DNA from: Octopus sinensis
Lineage: Eukaryota
DNA: 64,000 nucleotides
Direction of reading: 5' to 3'
NCBI RefSeq assembly: GCF_006345805.1
Contig: NC_043006.1
Location: 98,084,001-98,148,000, forward strand
Part shown: positions 1-15,076 of the stretch, one piece after another
Layout of the letters: every line of letters starts with the position of its first letter
How positions within the stretch are numbered: the first letter of the stretch is position 1
Position numbers and translations under genes: made by a program
The notes under the pieces: generated by a model
Seen by the model: only the letters and a program-made list of their open reading frames with translations
Told to the model about the DNA's origin: nothing
Database searches by the model: none

Positions 1-49
1 ATATATATATATATATATGTATATATGTGTGTGTGTATGTGATTGTATG

Positions 50-83
<34 letters not shown>

Positions 84-95
84 ATTGTATGTATG

Positions 96-127
<32 letters not shown>

Positions 128-207
128 ATTGTATTTATGTATATATAGATATGTGTGTGTGTGTGTGATTGTATGTATATATATATGTGTGTGTGATTGT
201 ATGTATG

Positions 208-244
<37 letters not shown>

Positions 245-360
245 ATGTGATTGTATGTATCTATGTATATATGTATGTATGTATGTAGTATGTATGTATG
301 TGTGTTGTGCGTGCGAATATACATACGTTTGCATATATATATACGCATTGATAAGCATGT
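1..360. repeat. Compound (AT)n/(GT)n/(GTAT)n microsatellite
   Basis: Directly visible; higher-order unit (AT)n(GT)n-GATTGTATGT repeated several times. Confidence 0.95.
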
Positions 361-662
361 ATATTTAATGATATAAAGGAGCCGAGTGCGTTTGTTTCGT
401 TGTAATGTTAGTTCTCTATAATCAATATAGCTGTTTTGCCTTCTATACAAGCAGAGATCTTGATTTTAGCGCGGTCCTTACATGGGATCACAAATGAATC
501 ATGTCGCAACCGAACACTTTCCAGTCCCAGGTCTAAATTATTGGTGATTGCCAACCACTGTCTCAATTAGGGGCTAAGATGTATAAGAGACTGGGTGCAG
601 TGATGAATAACAAGCCATTTAAAAGAAAGTCCTTCCCAGCAAAACCTGTGAGGGCTAGGCAT

Positions 663-1073
663 ACTCTTTACTCTTTTACTGTTTTACTTGTTTCAATCAT
701 TTGACTGCGGCCATGCTGGAGCACCGCCTTTAGTCGAGCAAATCGACCCCGGGACTTATTCTTTGTAAGCCCAGTACTTATTCTATCAGTGTCTTTTGCA
801 GAACCACTAAGTGACGGGGACGTAAACACACCAGCATCGATTGTCATCAATGCTAGGGGGACAAACACAGACACACAAACACACACACATACATATATAT
901 ATACATATATACGACAGGCTTCTTTCAGTTTCCGTCTACCAAATCCACTCACAAGGCATTGGTCGGCCCGGGGCTATAGCAGAAAACACTTGCCCAAGAT
1001 GCCACGCAGTGAGACTGAACCCAGACCCATGTAGTTGTTTAGCAAGCTACTTACCACACAGCCACTCCTGCGC
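663..1073 (-). mobile_element. tRNA-derived SINE family A, full-length copy
   Basis: Reverse complement matches copies at 37545 and 39457: A-box-like TGGCTGTGTGG, B-box-like GGTTCAGTC, internal (AT)/(GT) tract, (AAAGAGT)n tail. Confidence 0.9.
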
Positions 1074-1250
1074 ATATCTACTTTGTATCAGCAACCATCA
1101 GAAAAATTGGGTCTTAATAGATTTGTTTCCCCTAATAATTAAACTTTATTTCAATGTCAAACAATGTTTAACTCAACGACAGAAAACCTATACTTCCAGC
1201 GGTAGGATTTGGAAGGAATCATTTGATAGACATGTTGCTATGTTTCAAAG

Positions 1251-1447
1251 GAGAAGTCGGAGATGTCCTGTTTAGAACAAAGTACCTCTTGGTGGCTTAC
1301 ATATAAGGCACGCCACAGATATCGTTTCTTTAAACGGTATGACATCCCTAATTGCAATGACGGATGGTTTCGGCTCTACGCGCAGAGCACGGGATACAGC
1401 TATGAAGACATTCTTTCGCAAAAATGGGAAGCTGATTTATCTTTCAG
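1251..1447 (+). CDS. Candidate coding exon of unidentified host gene (EKSEMSCLEQ...WEADLSF)
   Basis: Open frame in non-repetitive DNA, acceptor tttcaaag, donor AG|gtacga, phase compatible with next candidate exon; no recognisable homology. Confidence 0.35.
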
Positions 1448-1677
1448 GTACGACTGACCGATTTATTACGCGTTATTAATTAGTCATTGGTAAGTTGCAT
1501 GTAGAGGGATTCACAAGGCTGAATATTTCAACAGTGTTAAGCTGTAATCTGTGTTCATAGTGAATTTATCATGTAATGTGATTGAGTCAAATAATGCGCA
1601 GACCGAATTTATGAGTCTCATATGGCAACTTCTATCAGTTTGTCTATTTCAGTTTGGAGCACTTTTCCCTCTCACAG

Positions 1678-1753
1678 GATAAATCGCCGGATATTCGCAA
1701 GAGCATATGCCGAGACATTTATCCATTGTATCAGTAGTTCTTCTCCATATTTA
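1678..1753 (+). CDS. Candidate coding exon (RINRRIFARAYAETFIHCISSSSPYL)
   Basis: Strong acceptor acttttccctctcacag, donor gtatgt, frame continues from 1251-1447. Confidence 0.35.
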
Positions 1754-2171
1754 GTATGTTTCTCTTGTTATCCCTGTGTTTCTCGGGTATAGTTTTGTAG
1801 TGTAGAATGCATATAGCACTTCCATGTAGTTGTCATCTTTCCACTGTTCTCTTTTGGTTTTGTTTTACGCTTGGGGAGTGACATCAGGAGAAGGGTCTGC
1901 CTGTTCTGAGCTAACATTTTTGCAGAACATCGTCTCTGGTTGTATGCAATTTTTTCTCGAGCACTTCATGCTCATAGATAAAAAGTTCGCCTTTATTTCA
2001 TTACGAAGTTTTATTACCGAGCATATTTGTATTTTCATTTCTGTTTAGTTGAGACGTGGGGCATTTTATATTTATAGTTATTATTATTTGTCTCGTTTAA
2101 TTTGTTTAAACAAGCGATGATGTAAAAGTAAGAATAATAAATTTAAATAAACATTCCTGCTTCCTTCACAG

Positions 2172-2189
2172 GTCATATCTCAAAAATGA
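2172..2189 (+). CDS. Candidate terminal coding exon (VISQK*)
   Basis: Strong acceptor ttcctgcttccttcacag; phase 0 reaches TGA at 2187-2189. Confidence 0.25.
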   Translation, partial: VISQK

Positions 2190-2939
2190 CGTTATGGCGA
2201 GAATCACGACACGCCCTGTGCGAATGGAGTAGCCGAACTCGTATAAGTAGCCGCTTGTTTGACTGAATGAGGGAGATGAGAAACCGTAGGAATTCGAAAG
2301 ATGTTATTCGCGAGTTTATGGAGTCGCAGGAAATTGTTGAGAAGTTACTATAGTTCATTCAGAGCTGTTACAGTTATTAGCAGAGTATATGGGAATACAT
2401 CGAGTGGAGACAGTTGGTGTCTACCCCGTTCCGTAGTAGTATATATCGCACTGTATTAATGCACGGCATTATGGTGACATACACAGACACCGCGTTATAA
2501 AAATCTTGTACATTTCTTCATTCATCTTAAATGTGAATATAAGAAAGTATATGATTCCCGTACGTCGACTCTGCATCATCTTTTAATGAACCAATGATAA
2601 ACTATAAAAATGTCCTCAGACAGTGCACAACGTAAGCAGCACATTGTTTCCTCTGCTGTTATGCGGCTAATTATCAAAATAAATTCAAATTTGACTCCTA
2701 AGAGTGACTGTGTCAAATCATGAACTCGCAAATCTAGCGGAAATTGTACACATATACTTACATATATAGTTATGAAAAAAAGTAATAATCAATATATGCT
2801 TCTGCATACATATTTGGAGGACTGGGAATTACAAAGCATTTATAAATATGCATCTAATATGTAAAATATATATAAATGTGTGAGCATGAAAATGTGTATT
2901 TTATTGCAAATTTTATATGTATGAATGCATGTATGTCAT

Positions 2940-5900
2940 TGTTCAGTTTTATTTCAAGATTTCTTGCTTATAGAGAACGGTTTCTAACGTAGATACAAGG
3001 CTCCTTCATTGCAATTTCAACACCAACAAAGGGTATTTTTATTAGTTTGTATCTATGTATATATGTATGTATATGTGCAGATTTGTATATTTTGCTTTAT
3101 GTATGTATTCTCATGCATATTGTTGCATACCTAGACATGCTAATGTATATTTAAATGATAAACTTCTGGAAAGTTTTACAGATTTTTAGTTTCAGTAATG
3201 GATTGGATCTGTAGTCTCCGAATTAGCTTTCTCCTTCCTGATTTTGAGAAGCCTAATTTCTCGAGATTGATAGTTAGTCAGTGCGTTACATATACCAGGG
3301 CCCCAATAATTACAAGTATAAAGCTGAACTTGTAATGTGGATAGAGTAACTTCAGCAAAGATATTCTCTTTTTCACTGATCATTAACTTTATTTTAACAT
3401 CCACTGGGCAGCTAATTTCACAACTGTACACAGTCACTCGTCTCAATCGCACATCATTATATCAGCTCTGTTGTGCTTACATTTTACTGAGGTCTTCACT
3501 GGGACATTCCACCAGTACCCATTTCTATTATGAGTGCCTATGGCTTCTGCCATACTGTGGGTTCTTATTTCTATTCCTTGGGGTCATTCTTCGACGAATT
3601 TCATTATAGAGTGTTCTAGTTATAACATCGTGTCTCATCGGTAAATAATAACCTGATGACATTTTGGGACAACTGCTTACGCTGCGGGTGATATCTTTGG
3701 TGTTAACCTCATGAGGTCTGCAACGGTTGTCCCATTTTACTTCTTTTCCTGCATGTCTATTCCTTTCGTGCATCAGGTACTTGGTTGATATTTCCTGTTC
3801 CTGGATTGCAAACGCATACCCTTCAAAGCGGGAGGTACTATTTCGGTTATTGGTCCATGATAAACTGCTTTGACGATCGATGTTACTATCATCTCGGAGC
3901 TTTCTACTAAAATATTCATACTTAATCTTCTTCTCATAAATGATCATCATTTCAACTGATGATATGTTTCGGCAGAGACGTGCGACTTCTTTGCGCTTGT
4001 ATTTTCGGTTATCAGACAAAAAATGTTGCTCAAGGAGCTGCCTTCCAATTCTTATGATGGATGTTCTCAGCCTCATGTATGCAAACTTGGTCAAGAATTG
4101 CACTTCGACAATTGGTGGTTAAAAGATGTTGCCGAAGGGATATGTACGACATTCAAAGGCATTTTGGGTTGATGTTAGGCCTCTGCCGCCTTGTTTTCGT
4201 TTTAGGTAGAGGCGGTCTACGTTACAGTTTATGTGGATATTATGTGTGATTATTAGTGTTTTTCGAGTTTTCACATTAATGGCTCGGATCACATCAAGCA
4301 TCCAATCAAGCAGCCCAAATGTTGGTATGAATACCGACACAGCAAACACATTGTGGGCTACTGTTTTATTGAATGCAGAGAGTTCTGAGATTCAGATTTT
4401 CTTTATTCGGTTGTAATATTCTTTAATAACACGTGTTTTGTTACAGGTAGCATTGTAAGATATGTTGTCACCCACCCCTACTTACCTGTAACATTCCTCG
4501 TCCGATATAGGGGAGACAGTCAAATTATTGATGGAAATGTCACTAGAATGGTTTATAGTTTCACCTTTTCACAACCATGACAACATTTGTTCCGACCAAA
4601 CTGCAGCCATAAATCCTTTGAGAATGTTGTAACTAGGTCAAGGATCTTTTTCATCTCATGCATATTCTGTGCCTAAAGAAACAGGGTAATTTTGGTATTT
4701 CTGTTTCCTTATGAACCAGTGAAATCCTTCAGACTTCCTTAATATGAATGACAAGGTGTTTACGGAAAGTATAAACAACATCACAGAAGGAGGCTGTCCT
4801 CTTGGAATATGCCTTTGCGACACTGTATTCTATCAGTGATAATACAATGACTCTTCGGGGTTAATTTCAAGATGGTGACCCACGATGAAGTCAGTTCAGT
4901 TATGTCTTTGACTATGCTCACTAAAACTTTAGCAAGTTGAAGGGCCTCTAGCATCCATTAGTGAGAAACAGAGTCTAGCCACATTGAAACTAGCTTCCTC
5001 CTATGCTCTCGCACCTCTGACATTACAGATTTGTTGATTAACAATTGCTCGGTGCATCACTTGCTTGTTCTGCAGTGATGACGTTATTGATTTCACAATT
5101 GTCCTGGAAGAAGAGGTTCAAACATGCTGTGTATATCTCATACATTAAGTTCTGGCATGCAACTGGCCGGTAGTGTTTTGCCATGTGGGTGGTTCTGCAT
5201 TTGGGGTTCAATTTTGTCTTTGCCAGAGCTAACCAGTGTGGTATGCTACTGTTCCCAATGAGTGCTTGCTGGTACAGATTGATAAGATACGGTCAGTAGA
5301 ATGTGAGCTTCTTGTACCAATATCGAACCAGCAAGTCTCTTCCAGGTGTTTTTCCATCCTGGAGTTCCTGGATAACAATTGGAAGACTTTTACCATCAAT
5401 GTTGTATGTCTTGAGTGTAAGGCAGGAGCAATACCTTCTTCGGATTTCTTCCAGCCACAGTGCAACTTGATTAAACTCCTTCTCGTCATTCCATATTTTT
5501 CTCCAAAAAGATTTTATGTCTTCCCATGGAGGAGCTTCTGTGATGTTCCCTGCTCTTCCTCTCATGTCACTGTATACTGTTGCCTGGTTCTGGTTAATTT
5601 TTTTGTTTATTGTTATTTTTTCTTGGTTATTCTCTTCGTGAAATCGGAGGTTTTCTCTGATAGCCTTTAGCTCCTGCTTGAGGCTAAACAGTCTGCAAGT
5701 GAGTGTACTCTTTTTGCTGTCTCCAATCATCATTTCTATCTCCTTCTTTACTTTCTGTTAGTGGAACGTATAGTGATTTGCATGTTTGCACGCAGTAAGC
5801 ATCATTATAGTACTGATGGTCTTCCGTAAATCAGTTGTATTTTTCTCTGTCTTCAAAACCCATGATAGTACTTACTTTGTTGTTTCAATTTTGTTTCCTA

Positions 5901-6120
5901 TTTGAATGTCAGACTTGTACTGCTTTGCAGTAGTAGCCAGAGAATATAGGCAGGCTTTAACCTGCCAATAATCTAGGTTCATCACACTGCTGTAAATACT
6001 CATCACCAATTTTCTAAACAGCTTTTATTACCGTATCTGGTGAATATTTACTTACTTTGGTAGGGAATACTCTCTCCTCGAGAGAGTACTTCGAAGCCAT
6101 ATATTCTTACATAATATGCC
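2940..6120 (-). mobile_element. Degenerate Dong/R4-type non-LTR retrotransposon (RT + restriction-like endonuclease)
   Basis: Minus-strand motifs HYRPVACQN, GIFQEDSL, RLYLKRKQGGRGL, decayed zinc knuckle ending SCP...MRHD, EISCP..EKE; many frameshifts and stops; catalytic DD motif appears deleted. Confidence 0.85.
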
Positions 6121-7579
6121 TATCTTAATTTTTTACTGGTTAATTACATTACGTCGGAAAAGTAAATAGATTTGCAGTATTTAAAATTCATATAACGACC
6201 CATTTTCTATCGTCCAAACTAGAGATATAATATTGTTCTCGTCACTTCTATAGATTAAATAATTATTAAACACAGTTTCCTTTCTTGCCAGTCAGACAAT
6301 ACGAATGCTGTCTTATTTCAGTATTGGAAATATTTGCCATTTACTGAATCAAATTTATGAGAAAGAAACGTTCTTAGACATTGTCTATAAATCGAAATGT
6401 ACTATTATGTTTTAACCACAGTGTTCAAACTGTTTCCAAGATAATGCAGCATTATAATATAGAAGCAGCATGACGGCTTTAAAATCTAGAAGTGTAAGAG
6501 ATAGTTGGATAATTTTCCCTTTCGCTGAAACTTAAGTATATTTATTAGAGTAGTTTTTAAATAGTTTTAATATATTCTCTTACGTTTGGGATCACAAATT
6601 CCCTAGAACTCCGTAACCTGATGCACTTTTTCAGCTGCCGGAATTATTTGGACACTGAACTCCGGTGCAATATTTCACTTCCCTTTATGTATTTTTGATA
6701 CGTTTTATTGTCCACGGTTCCATCTGGAATCGGAAGGCGGCGGTCAGCATAGGTGATTTGAACAACTTGGTGGTAAAGAACTTCAATCCATATTGAAGGG
6801 AAGAGAAATGTGTTACAGTGTTGGTAATCAGTATAGTTTGAAATATTAAAATGTTTAACAGCCCAGAGGAAAATGAACCAGTATACATATTCCAATACTA
6901 ATGTCATTTCGGTTATAAAAGCCCAGTGACGTTACATTGCAATACACAAAATTTTACATCAGTTTTCTTTACAGAATAATCATAAATCTGTCCATGAGTT
7001 TTAATATGTCTTTCGATTCTTAACACAATAAATATTGTGAGTAAAATATCTATGATTCAAACTGGCAGTTATACGAACCGAACTAAATCCATATTGCTTC
7101 AACTCATTCCAAACTAGTGAATATTGTAATTGCGAAACAATATGTAATAACTAAACATATTCTTTTTAATTTCCGGTAGAGTAGATTTAATATTTTTAAC
7201 TGGATACTTCGCTGCAAATGTCAGCTTCTTCTTTGGCAAAGAAACATCTACACTACCTATTACATTAATTCTTTCTATGATGATGAGCGTGATTGATAAA
7301 GAATACGAATACGACAGCCGTTTGAACTTTTACTTGAAACGGTTTCTTTTGCAATTTTTAAGCCTTAAATAGTGTTGTACGAATTACGGACTTGTAAAAG
7401 TGAAAGTAATCAAAAGAGATCTACCGATAAAATACAGAAAACCCACTTTGGCAAATTGTTCCAATATGGCGGAGATGGTTGTGTAATTATAAATATACAT
7501 ACATACAAACACACACATGCACGCATATATATATGTATATATATATATACTTGTGTATATGTGTGTATGCATGCACAAC

Positions 7580-7662
<83 letters not shown>

Positions 7663-8535
7663 TATATAGTGAGAGAGAGAGAGAGAGATATATCTCATTA
7701 TAGTTACAGAGATAGATACATAGTTACACATATAAAAGTTATAGTCGCTAGCCCCGGGGTGTCTACGTTTTAGATATCTTTTAATGCTTTTTCATTTGAA
7801 TGACTCCTTTTCACTTTGTGCAAAGAATTATAATTATATAGCCGACGAATCAACGTTTATTTACTTTTTTGATTCTTTTATTTCAGAGAATAACTGCAGA
7901 AAACATAATCAATATATGCCAATATATTGGGATTTTGAAGTATCTGTGCTTACTTTACATTTACTAATGACTACCTTCTATCTTTCTTTCCACCTCAAAC
8001 ACCATTAGACTATGGCAACTCTTTCCCCAGCACCGTCTCAAAATAACTAACTCAAACTTAATTCAAAGCCACCACAGTGACAAATTCAGTACTTCTCTTT
8101 ATTATTGTTTTTCCTTTAGTTTTCGCTATCCTTTTCATATATTAACTATTCATTAAAAAAAAAAATCGATTGCAACCCAAATTAAACATACGTCATTGTC
8201 TACACATCATCACTTTAATGTCCATTTACCTATTCTGAAATGAGCGAGACGAGTATTCTGTTAACAAAACAATCATTATCGCTTCGCATTCAGTAAAGTA
8301 CTTGGCATTTATTATTAGTTTTTTTTTTTTTCCTCTTTGATGCTAACATCTTTTGATGACTATTAAAAATGGCTAGAACAACAGTAACAACAGCAGCATT
8401 AGCAGTGAAAAGACAAATTAACAATAGAAGTGCTTCATAACAGTGTGTATGTGTCTTATATGTGTGTGCATCTATATATATATATATATATATATATAGA
8501 TGTATGCATACAAACATACACACGCACATAAACAC

Positions 8536-8632
<97 letters not shown>

Positions 8633-8734
8633 CAATACATACATACATACATACAAACATAAATATATATGCATATATGTATATACATATATACATTAAT
8701 ATGTGTCTATATATACATATACATTTATGTGTAT

Positions 8735-8771
<37 letters not shown>

Positions 8772-9350
8772 TTGTACATCTATAGAAACAGAGGGAGAGA
8801 GAGAAAGAGAGCGTGAGTGAAAACGAGAATTAGTGAAATACAAGGATAGGAAGACAAAGAAAGCGAATGAATGGAGAGAGAGACAACAAAGAAATCACAT
8901 CTAAAATCATTTCAATATTATATTTATACCTAAAAGGTATACTATAGCAAATGAATAAAGTAAAGTTCATGCGTGTGTGTGTGAGTGTATGCGTGTGTGT
9001 TTGTATGCGTGTGTGTGTCTGTGTTTTTAGGTGTTACCATGTGCATTTGTGAGTGCGCGTTTGCATGTATATATATATATATATATATTTGTTGTGCAAT
9101 ATTTTTATATATATACATGCGTGTGTATGTATATATTAGCTCATAAATGGTAAATAAAGTAGATTTGCAGTAGCTTTAAAAGATATATCAAACTTAATAG
9201 ACGTTAAAACACAATGTACATCACCATAACAGCTGCTTTGTGCTCTCCTCGCGAGCCCTCACGCTCGCTATCTCTTTCACCGTGCACAATTCGCCCTCAC
9301 ATTCAAATACGCGTACACACACATATACACACACACGCAGTCGCAACCCC

Positions 9351-9400
<50 letters not shown>

Positions 9401-9434
9401 CCTATGCATATACATATGGATATATATATATATA

Positions 9435-9817
9435 TACAGACACTCATGTATATATGTATATATATATATATAATATATATATATATTATATATATATATA
9501 TATATATATGTATGCATATGCACACACACCACATCCTTATATATATATATATATATATATTGTCTATTTATATACGAAGAAAATATATGTGCGTCTATCA
9601 ATATACCTATGCATATACATACGTATATTAATGTGTGTGTATATATATATATATACTGACACTCATGTATATATGCATATATATATGTATGTATATATAT
9701 GTATATATATTTATATACATACATGTATGCCTGTATGCATACGCACACACACCATATCCTTATATATATATATATTGTCTATTAATATACGAAGAAAATA
9801 TATGTGCGTCTATCAAT
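9435..9817. repeat. Two-copy tandem duplication (~220 bp period) within microsatellite field
   Basis: GACACTCATGTATA...TACGAAGAAAATATATGTGCGTCTATCAAT occurs twice. Confidence 0.8.
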
Positions 9818-10930
9818 GTCTACATATTTACTTCGATGATTATCTCTGCGTCCATCTTTTCTCACCACATTCTATTATACATAGCGAAACATACACAACT
9901 CAGTGATAACCGAAATATAAACTAGGCAGGAGGCATCAATTGAGAATACACTGTTGACCAGCGAAATTCTTATACGATTTGATATATAGTTTTATATGAA
10001 ATAATAAACTTACATTATTCACACTGCAGGATCTATTGTCAATCAGATATTTCATATTTTGGATATTGCTTTTGTATCGTTCATTGTTTTCTTTTAAATT
10101 TATTCTGTTCCATGTGAATCCATACTGGGCGAGCAGCTGCAGCATTGTTTTCACTAAAGTGCGTGTGCCATTACCTTGTGGGAAAGTAAAAACGTTTCTG
10201 TAAACTGTATCAGCATTTCGTGTGGAGTTTGTGTTAGTTGAGCGTTCTGCCTATTGAGTAGAGAATATAGAGAGTGAATTGTGTTATCTTCTATGGTTTG
10301 CGCTTTAAAATGTTATCTGATTGCTTATGAGTGTGATTTCCAGATTATAACATCGAGTTATTGGTGTACTATGCCTGGTATCGGTTATGTAGGATTGTCT
10401 GTTCTTTTATGTGATTTAGTCTTGGTTGTAATGAATATGTTTAGCAAGAGCTCTGTTAATTGATTGGGTGGATAGTGTTATAGCCTGTGTTTTGTGCAGA
10501 GAATATACTGTTTGATCTATGCTACTGAACCGGAATTATCTGGTGCAAAGGTGAGCGGCGTTTTGCAACCATGTGTCACCTGGTATTAGTGGTATGGGTC
10601 TATTCATATTTGTCATTACACCTACAGCTCGAAGAATTGTTTTGTTAATTTTACGTTCATACCCCACGGCTTGGATTGACATTTGAAGCTCTCAAGAAAT
10701 ACACATAGGTACCTACATGGAGATTTACACTTACACACAGAAAAATAAAAGAAACATGCACGCACACACAAATATATATGTGTGGGGGGGGTGTATCTAT
10801 ATATTTTTTAATTCATATATATGTTTCAGTCCAAAGGTTGTGGCAATGCTGGAGCACCGCATGTGGTATCATCTTTTCTGTGGCCATTCTTCTGCGATCG
10901 GCTTTTGGTGAAGGAGGGAGATCGATACAG

Positions 10931-10981
<51 letters not shown>

Positions 10982-11012
10982 TTATTACACAAATATTGAT
11001 ATGGGGCAGGTA

Positions 11013-11383
11013 TCTTTCTCTATATAAACGGCAGTTTGTCTGTGCGTGTTTCTGTGTGTCTGTTTGCTTGTACCCTCACCCTGACTACGGCTTTCAACCG
11101 ATTCTGATGAAATTTGACACACACATAGCCCAATGTCATAATTCAAAACTAACGCAGCGAAAATTATGAAGTTCCCCCAGTTCTGAAAAAAATCGATAAA
11201 TTCGACATGGGGTCGAGAATTAGAAACACAAACCGCAAACTGTCTAGGGGACGCAACTCCACCTTTTTTAACTAAAAAAAAATTTTACCATCATTTTTTT
11301 CCATTTTTTTGGCTATAACTCTCTAAAAATGCTTTATAGTTATTTCCCTTACAAACCTGAGCAACGCGGGGCGATACTGCTAG
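11013..11383 (+). mobile_element. Non-autonomous Helitron-like element (~370 bp)
   Basis: A|TC 5' end, TGTCTGT subterminal repeats, CCGATTCTGATGAAATTTG motif, GC-rich hairpin CCTGAGCAACGCGGGG then CTAG|T; no TSD. Confidence 0.75.
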
Positions 11384-13534
11384 TTTAAGAATAAATATGA
11401 CCATGAAATGAACGTGAATATTTAATAACAAAATTAAAGGTAGATATTAAAGGTAGTAAATTTTTACTCTGTTTTCTAGTTTTGAAAGGCGGTTTATTTT
11501 GGTATGATTGAGTGCCGGGTGCAACGAGAAGCCCCAGTCTTATCTAACTTATACTAAGTACATATCCATTAGTCGTATTCAGTTGAACAATACGTAGAAC
11601 TTTGGTATTCTGTGCTCTAAGATCGAATTTTGTGGTGGCTAAATTCACTTCACCTTTTGGAGTCGATAACAAATGTATCTAACCAGAGCGGTCGATTATT
11701 TATCGACAAGTGACTTACTTCGGTTCTTTGGTTTTTGACTCATATTTCATCCAGGTGTCCAAAATTCCACCATAATCCGCCCACGTGCCTCGTTTGGCAA
11801 TGAATACTCAAAGCAAACGCCTGCACTAAAGGGATGATGATGGTTGAAATCTGTACAGAACGAACAACTTAAATGAATAAATGAATGAATACATATATAC
11901 ATGATTGGTGCAAACTCGTGTTCGAGAATTGCCATCGCCTGATCGAAAGTCCCACACATGCGAAGGCAACGACCAGCCATTTTTGTGATAAATCTTACTT
12001 AATTCAAGCGATGCCTATGCATGGTGAATATTTCTTAGTGGGGATACGATTTGCACAAATCCAATCACAATTTTTGAACATGGACAAATAAACTCCAAAA
12101 GAACTAGTTTACATCATCGAATATTGTCAGTGTCGCAGGTTTTATCTCTGTGCCAATAGAGGGACTCCTACTCCCAGTGGGCCAACCACGCACCTGGACA
12201 TCAACCCAGGTATTTCCCCGTCCCCGCGCATGCACACACATGTACACATATTGTTGGATGGCCGTTGACGCCTCATGTGCTCTTCCGCCCTTTGACAGGT
12301 TTTATTTTTCGTCTTGCAGGATGTCTAACAAACACCCTCCATACCAAGAAAGTTCGATGGTGTTGCCAGTTTGGTCGCTGACGACCCGAATATGCAATAC
12401 ATACATACAAATGTACATACATGCATACATACATACATACATACATGCATACATACATACATACATACATACATACATACATACATACATACATACATAC
12501 ATACATACATGCATACATACATATACATACATATATACATAAATACCTACGTGCATGGATGCATGCACATATGTAAAGAAAGTGTCGTAACATGTATGAA
12601 AACAATTAATTTTATGTTCCCAGTGACTGCCAGTCCAAGCGATGGGATAATTCTGAGTAGACAATGAAGTTGCGAAATTACACGTGTGTATATTTGTGCA
12701 CGCATGTGTTTATGTGTGTGCGTGTGTGTGTGTTTGGGTATGTATTTCTTTGTATGTGTGTGTGTGTGTGTGTTTGTGTATGTATTTCTTTGTGTGTGTG
12801 TTTATAAGAAAACACCAGCCTCACATGACGTCGAATCGAGACATTTAGTACTAATACTCACTCTACGGCTGCTAATTTAATACTGTGTATTATGTTGTGC
12901 ATTGGTCTATTACTTGTCTACCATCTACCAGTCTAATTTTTATTCCTTTATATGTTTTCCCGAATGCAATTTCAATTTTCAATATGTTCTCCCGCAGACA
13001 TTATTTTCTTCAATTTTACCAAGACATGTAGTGGCTTGCTTTTACATTCATTATTTTTCTCCCCACCTCTATTCCTTTCTGTGTTTCCCTGTTAGACATT
13101 AGTATTTCAGCAAAAAGAACGTTCTCCGATACTTCATAGAAACGATTGAATTACACCTTTATATTTATATACACAAACCTATATTACTTCCTCACTGTTC
13201 ATACACAAAATATCTGTTCAAATATTCTTTATACATACAACCAAATCAGATACTTCTATTTAGTATATTGGTTCTTTTTAAAAGTTTTTTTTTCGTTTTA
13301 GGATGTCCTTTTCGTTTGTCATGTTATGTTCGGCATGAGGAGTCATGGGAAGATTCATCATGATGTATGCTCTAAAGTTGAACGAAAAAACGAAAAATTG
13401 ATGTGTTGCGGTAGGACGGCAAAAAGTACTGATTTGACAATTATGACGTGTAAACAGAAGGCAATGCACACTCATACTGTCGCACACAGACACTCATACG
13501 CACACAAAAACGCATGGACACCTAGACACACATA

Positions 13535-13584
<50 letters not shown>

Positions 13585-13725
13585 AGACGCACATACATAC
13601 ACACATATGCATATGTATTTGTATAGATATAAATATGCATATCTATATCTATCTATCTCTGTATCTATCTGTATATACATACATACACACACACACACAC
13701 ACATATACATATATATGTGTATATA

Positions 13726-13777
<52 letters not shown>

Positions 13778-13780
13778 ACA

Positions 13781-13951
13781 ATTTAATCATGCCAAGGAAC
13801 TATAATCTTGTAAGGGATGTCTGCATCCTAGCTCTCCGATTAATAGCTAAGAACTATGTATGTATATGTGTGTGTATATATATGATTTAATCACGCCAAG
13901 GCTCTACAATCCTTTAAGGAATGTTTGCATCCTTGTTCTCCGATTAATAAC
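13781..13951. repeat. Diverged ~70 bp direct repeat, two copies
   Basis: ATTTAATCAYGCCAAGG...GCATCCT...CTCCGATTAATA at ~13781 and ~13884. Confidence 0.7.
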
Positions 13952-14293
13952 AGAGAACATACAAACAAACACACACACATACACACTCTCACACACACAT
14001 ATACATATGTATATACATATACAATATATAACGTATGTAATTCTGTTTTTTGGATTAGAACCGATGTCATGTCTACTGTGTGTAGGATTTCATATCCCAG
14101 GGACACCTTTTAAGTTTGTTGTATACGAAGTAGTTATTTAAACCAATATCTAAATGCTATTATTCTTAACTTTGGGTGTGTTTAGAGATGTTCCGGTGAA
14201 AGCATTATTTAACGTACTGCTGAAAGCTTATTAAACTGTTTTATCATCAACAATATGCATATACATACATACATAAATATGTGTATGTATCTT

Positions 14294-14462
14294 ATTCAGT
14301 TTATTTCAAGATTCCTTGCCAATAGAGAAAGAACCGGTTTCTAAATTAGATCCAAGGCTCCTTCATTGGAATTTCAACTCAACAGCAATGTAGATCTGTT
14401 GGTATGTATGTATATAAGTATGTATGTGTGCATGTAAGTATGTATGTATGCATGTAAGTATG

Positions 14463-14493
<31 letters not shown>

Positions 14494-14925
14494 GTATATA
14501 TGTGCAGATTTGTATGTTTTATATATGTGTTCTCACGCATATAGTTTCATATCTATATATTTAAATGATGAACTTCTGGAAAGTTTTGCAGATTTGTACA
14601 GTTCCAGTGATGGATTGGTTTTTGTAGCCTTCGAATTAGCTTTCTCCTTTCTGGTTTTGAGAAGCCTAATTTCTTAAGATTGGTATTTAGGCAGTGTCTT
14701 ACATATCCCACGGCTCCAATAATTACAAGTATAAACCTGAACTTGTAATCCGGATAGAGTAACTGTAGATTTCTCAACGGTTCAGCATAGGTGTTCTCTT
14801 TTTCACTGATTTTCAGCTTTATGCTAACATCCGCTGGGCAGCTAATTTCCACAAGTGTGCACAGTTTCTTTTCTCTATCCCAAATCATTATATCAGGTAT
14901 GTTGTGTTTACATTTTATTGAGGTC
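14294..14925 (-). mobile_element. 5'-truncated Dong/R4 LINE 3' end (restriction-like endonuclease + 3' UTR)
   Basis: KCKHNIPDIMIWD..LVEISCP..EKENTY (PD..E.K-type core); 3' UTR homologous to 2940-3200. Confidence 0.85.
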
Positions 14926-15076
14926 TGTATGAATGTATGATTGTAAGTATGTATGTATTATGTAAGTCTGCATGGATCAATGGATGGATGGATGGATAGA
15001 TGCATGCATATATGTATGCACGTACATACCTATATGTATGTACACACACACACATATATAGATATACACATATATA

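Noticed and set aside
6625-6910. Overlapping short ORFs in unique sequence
   Set aside because: No recognisable motif or consistent splice model.
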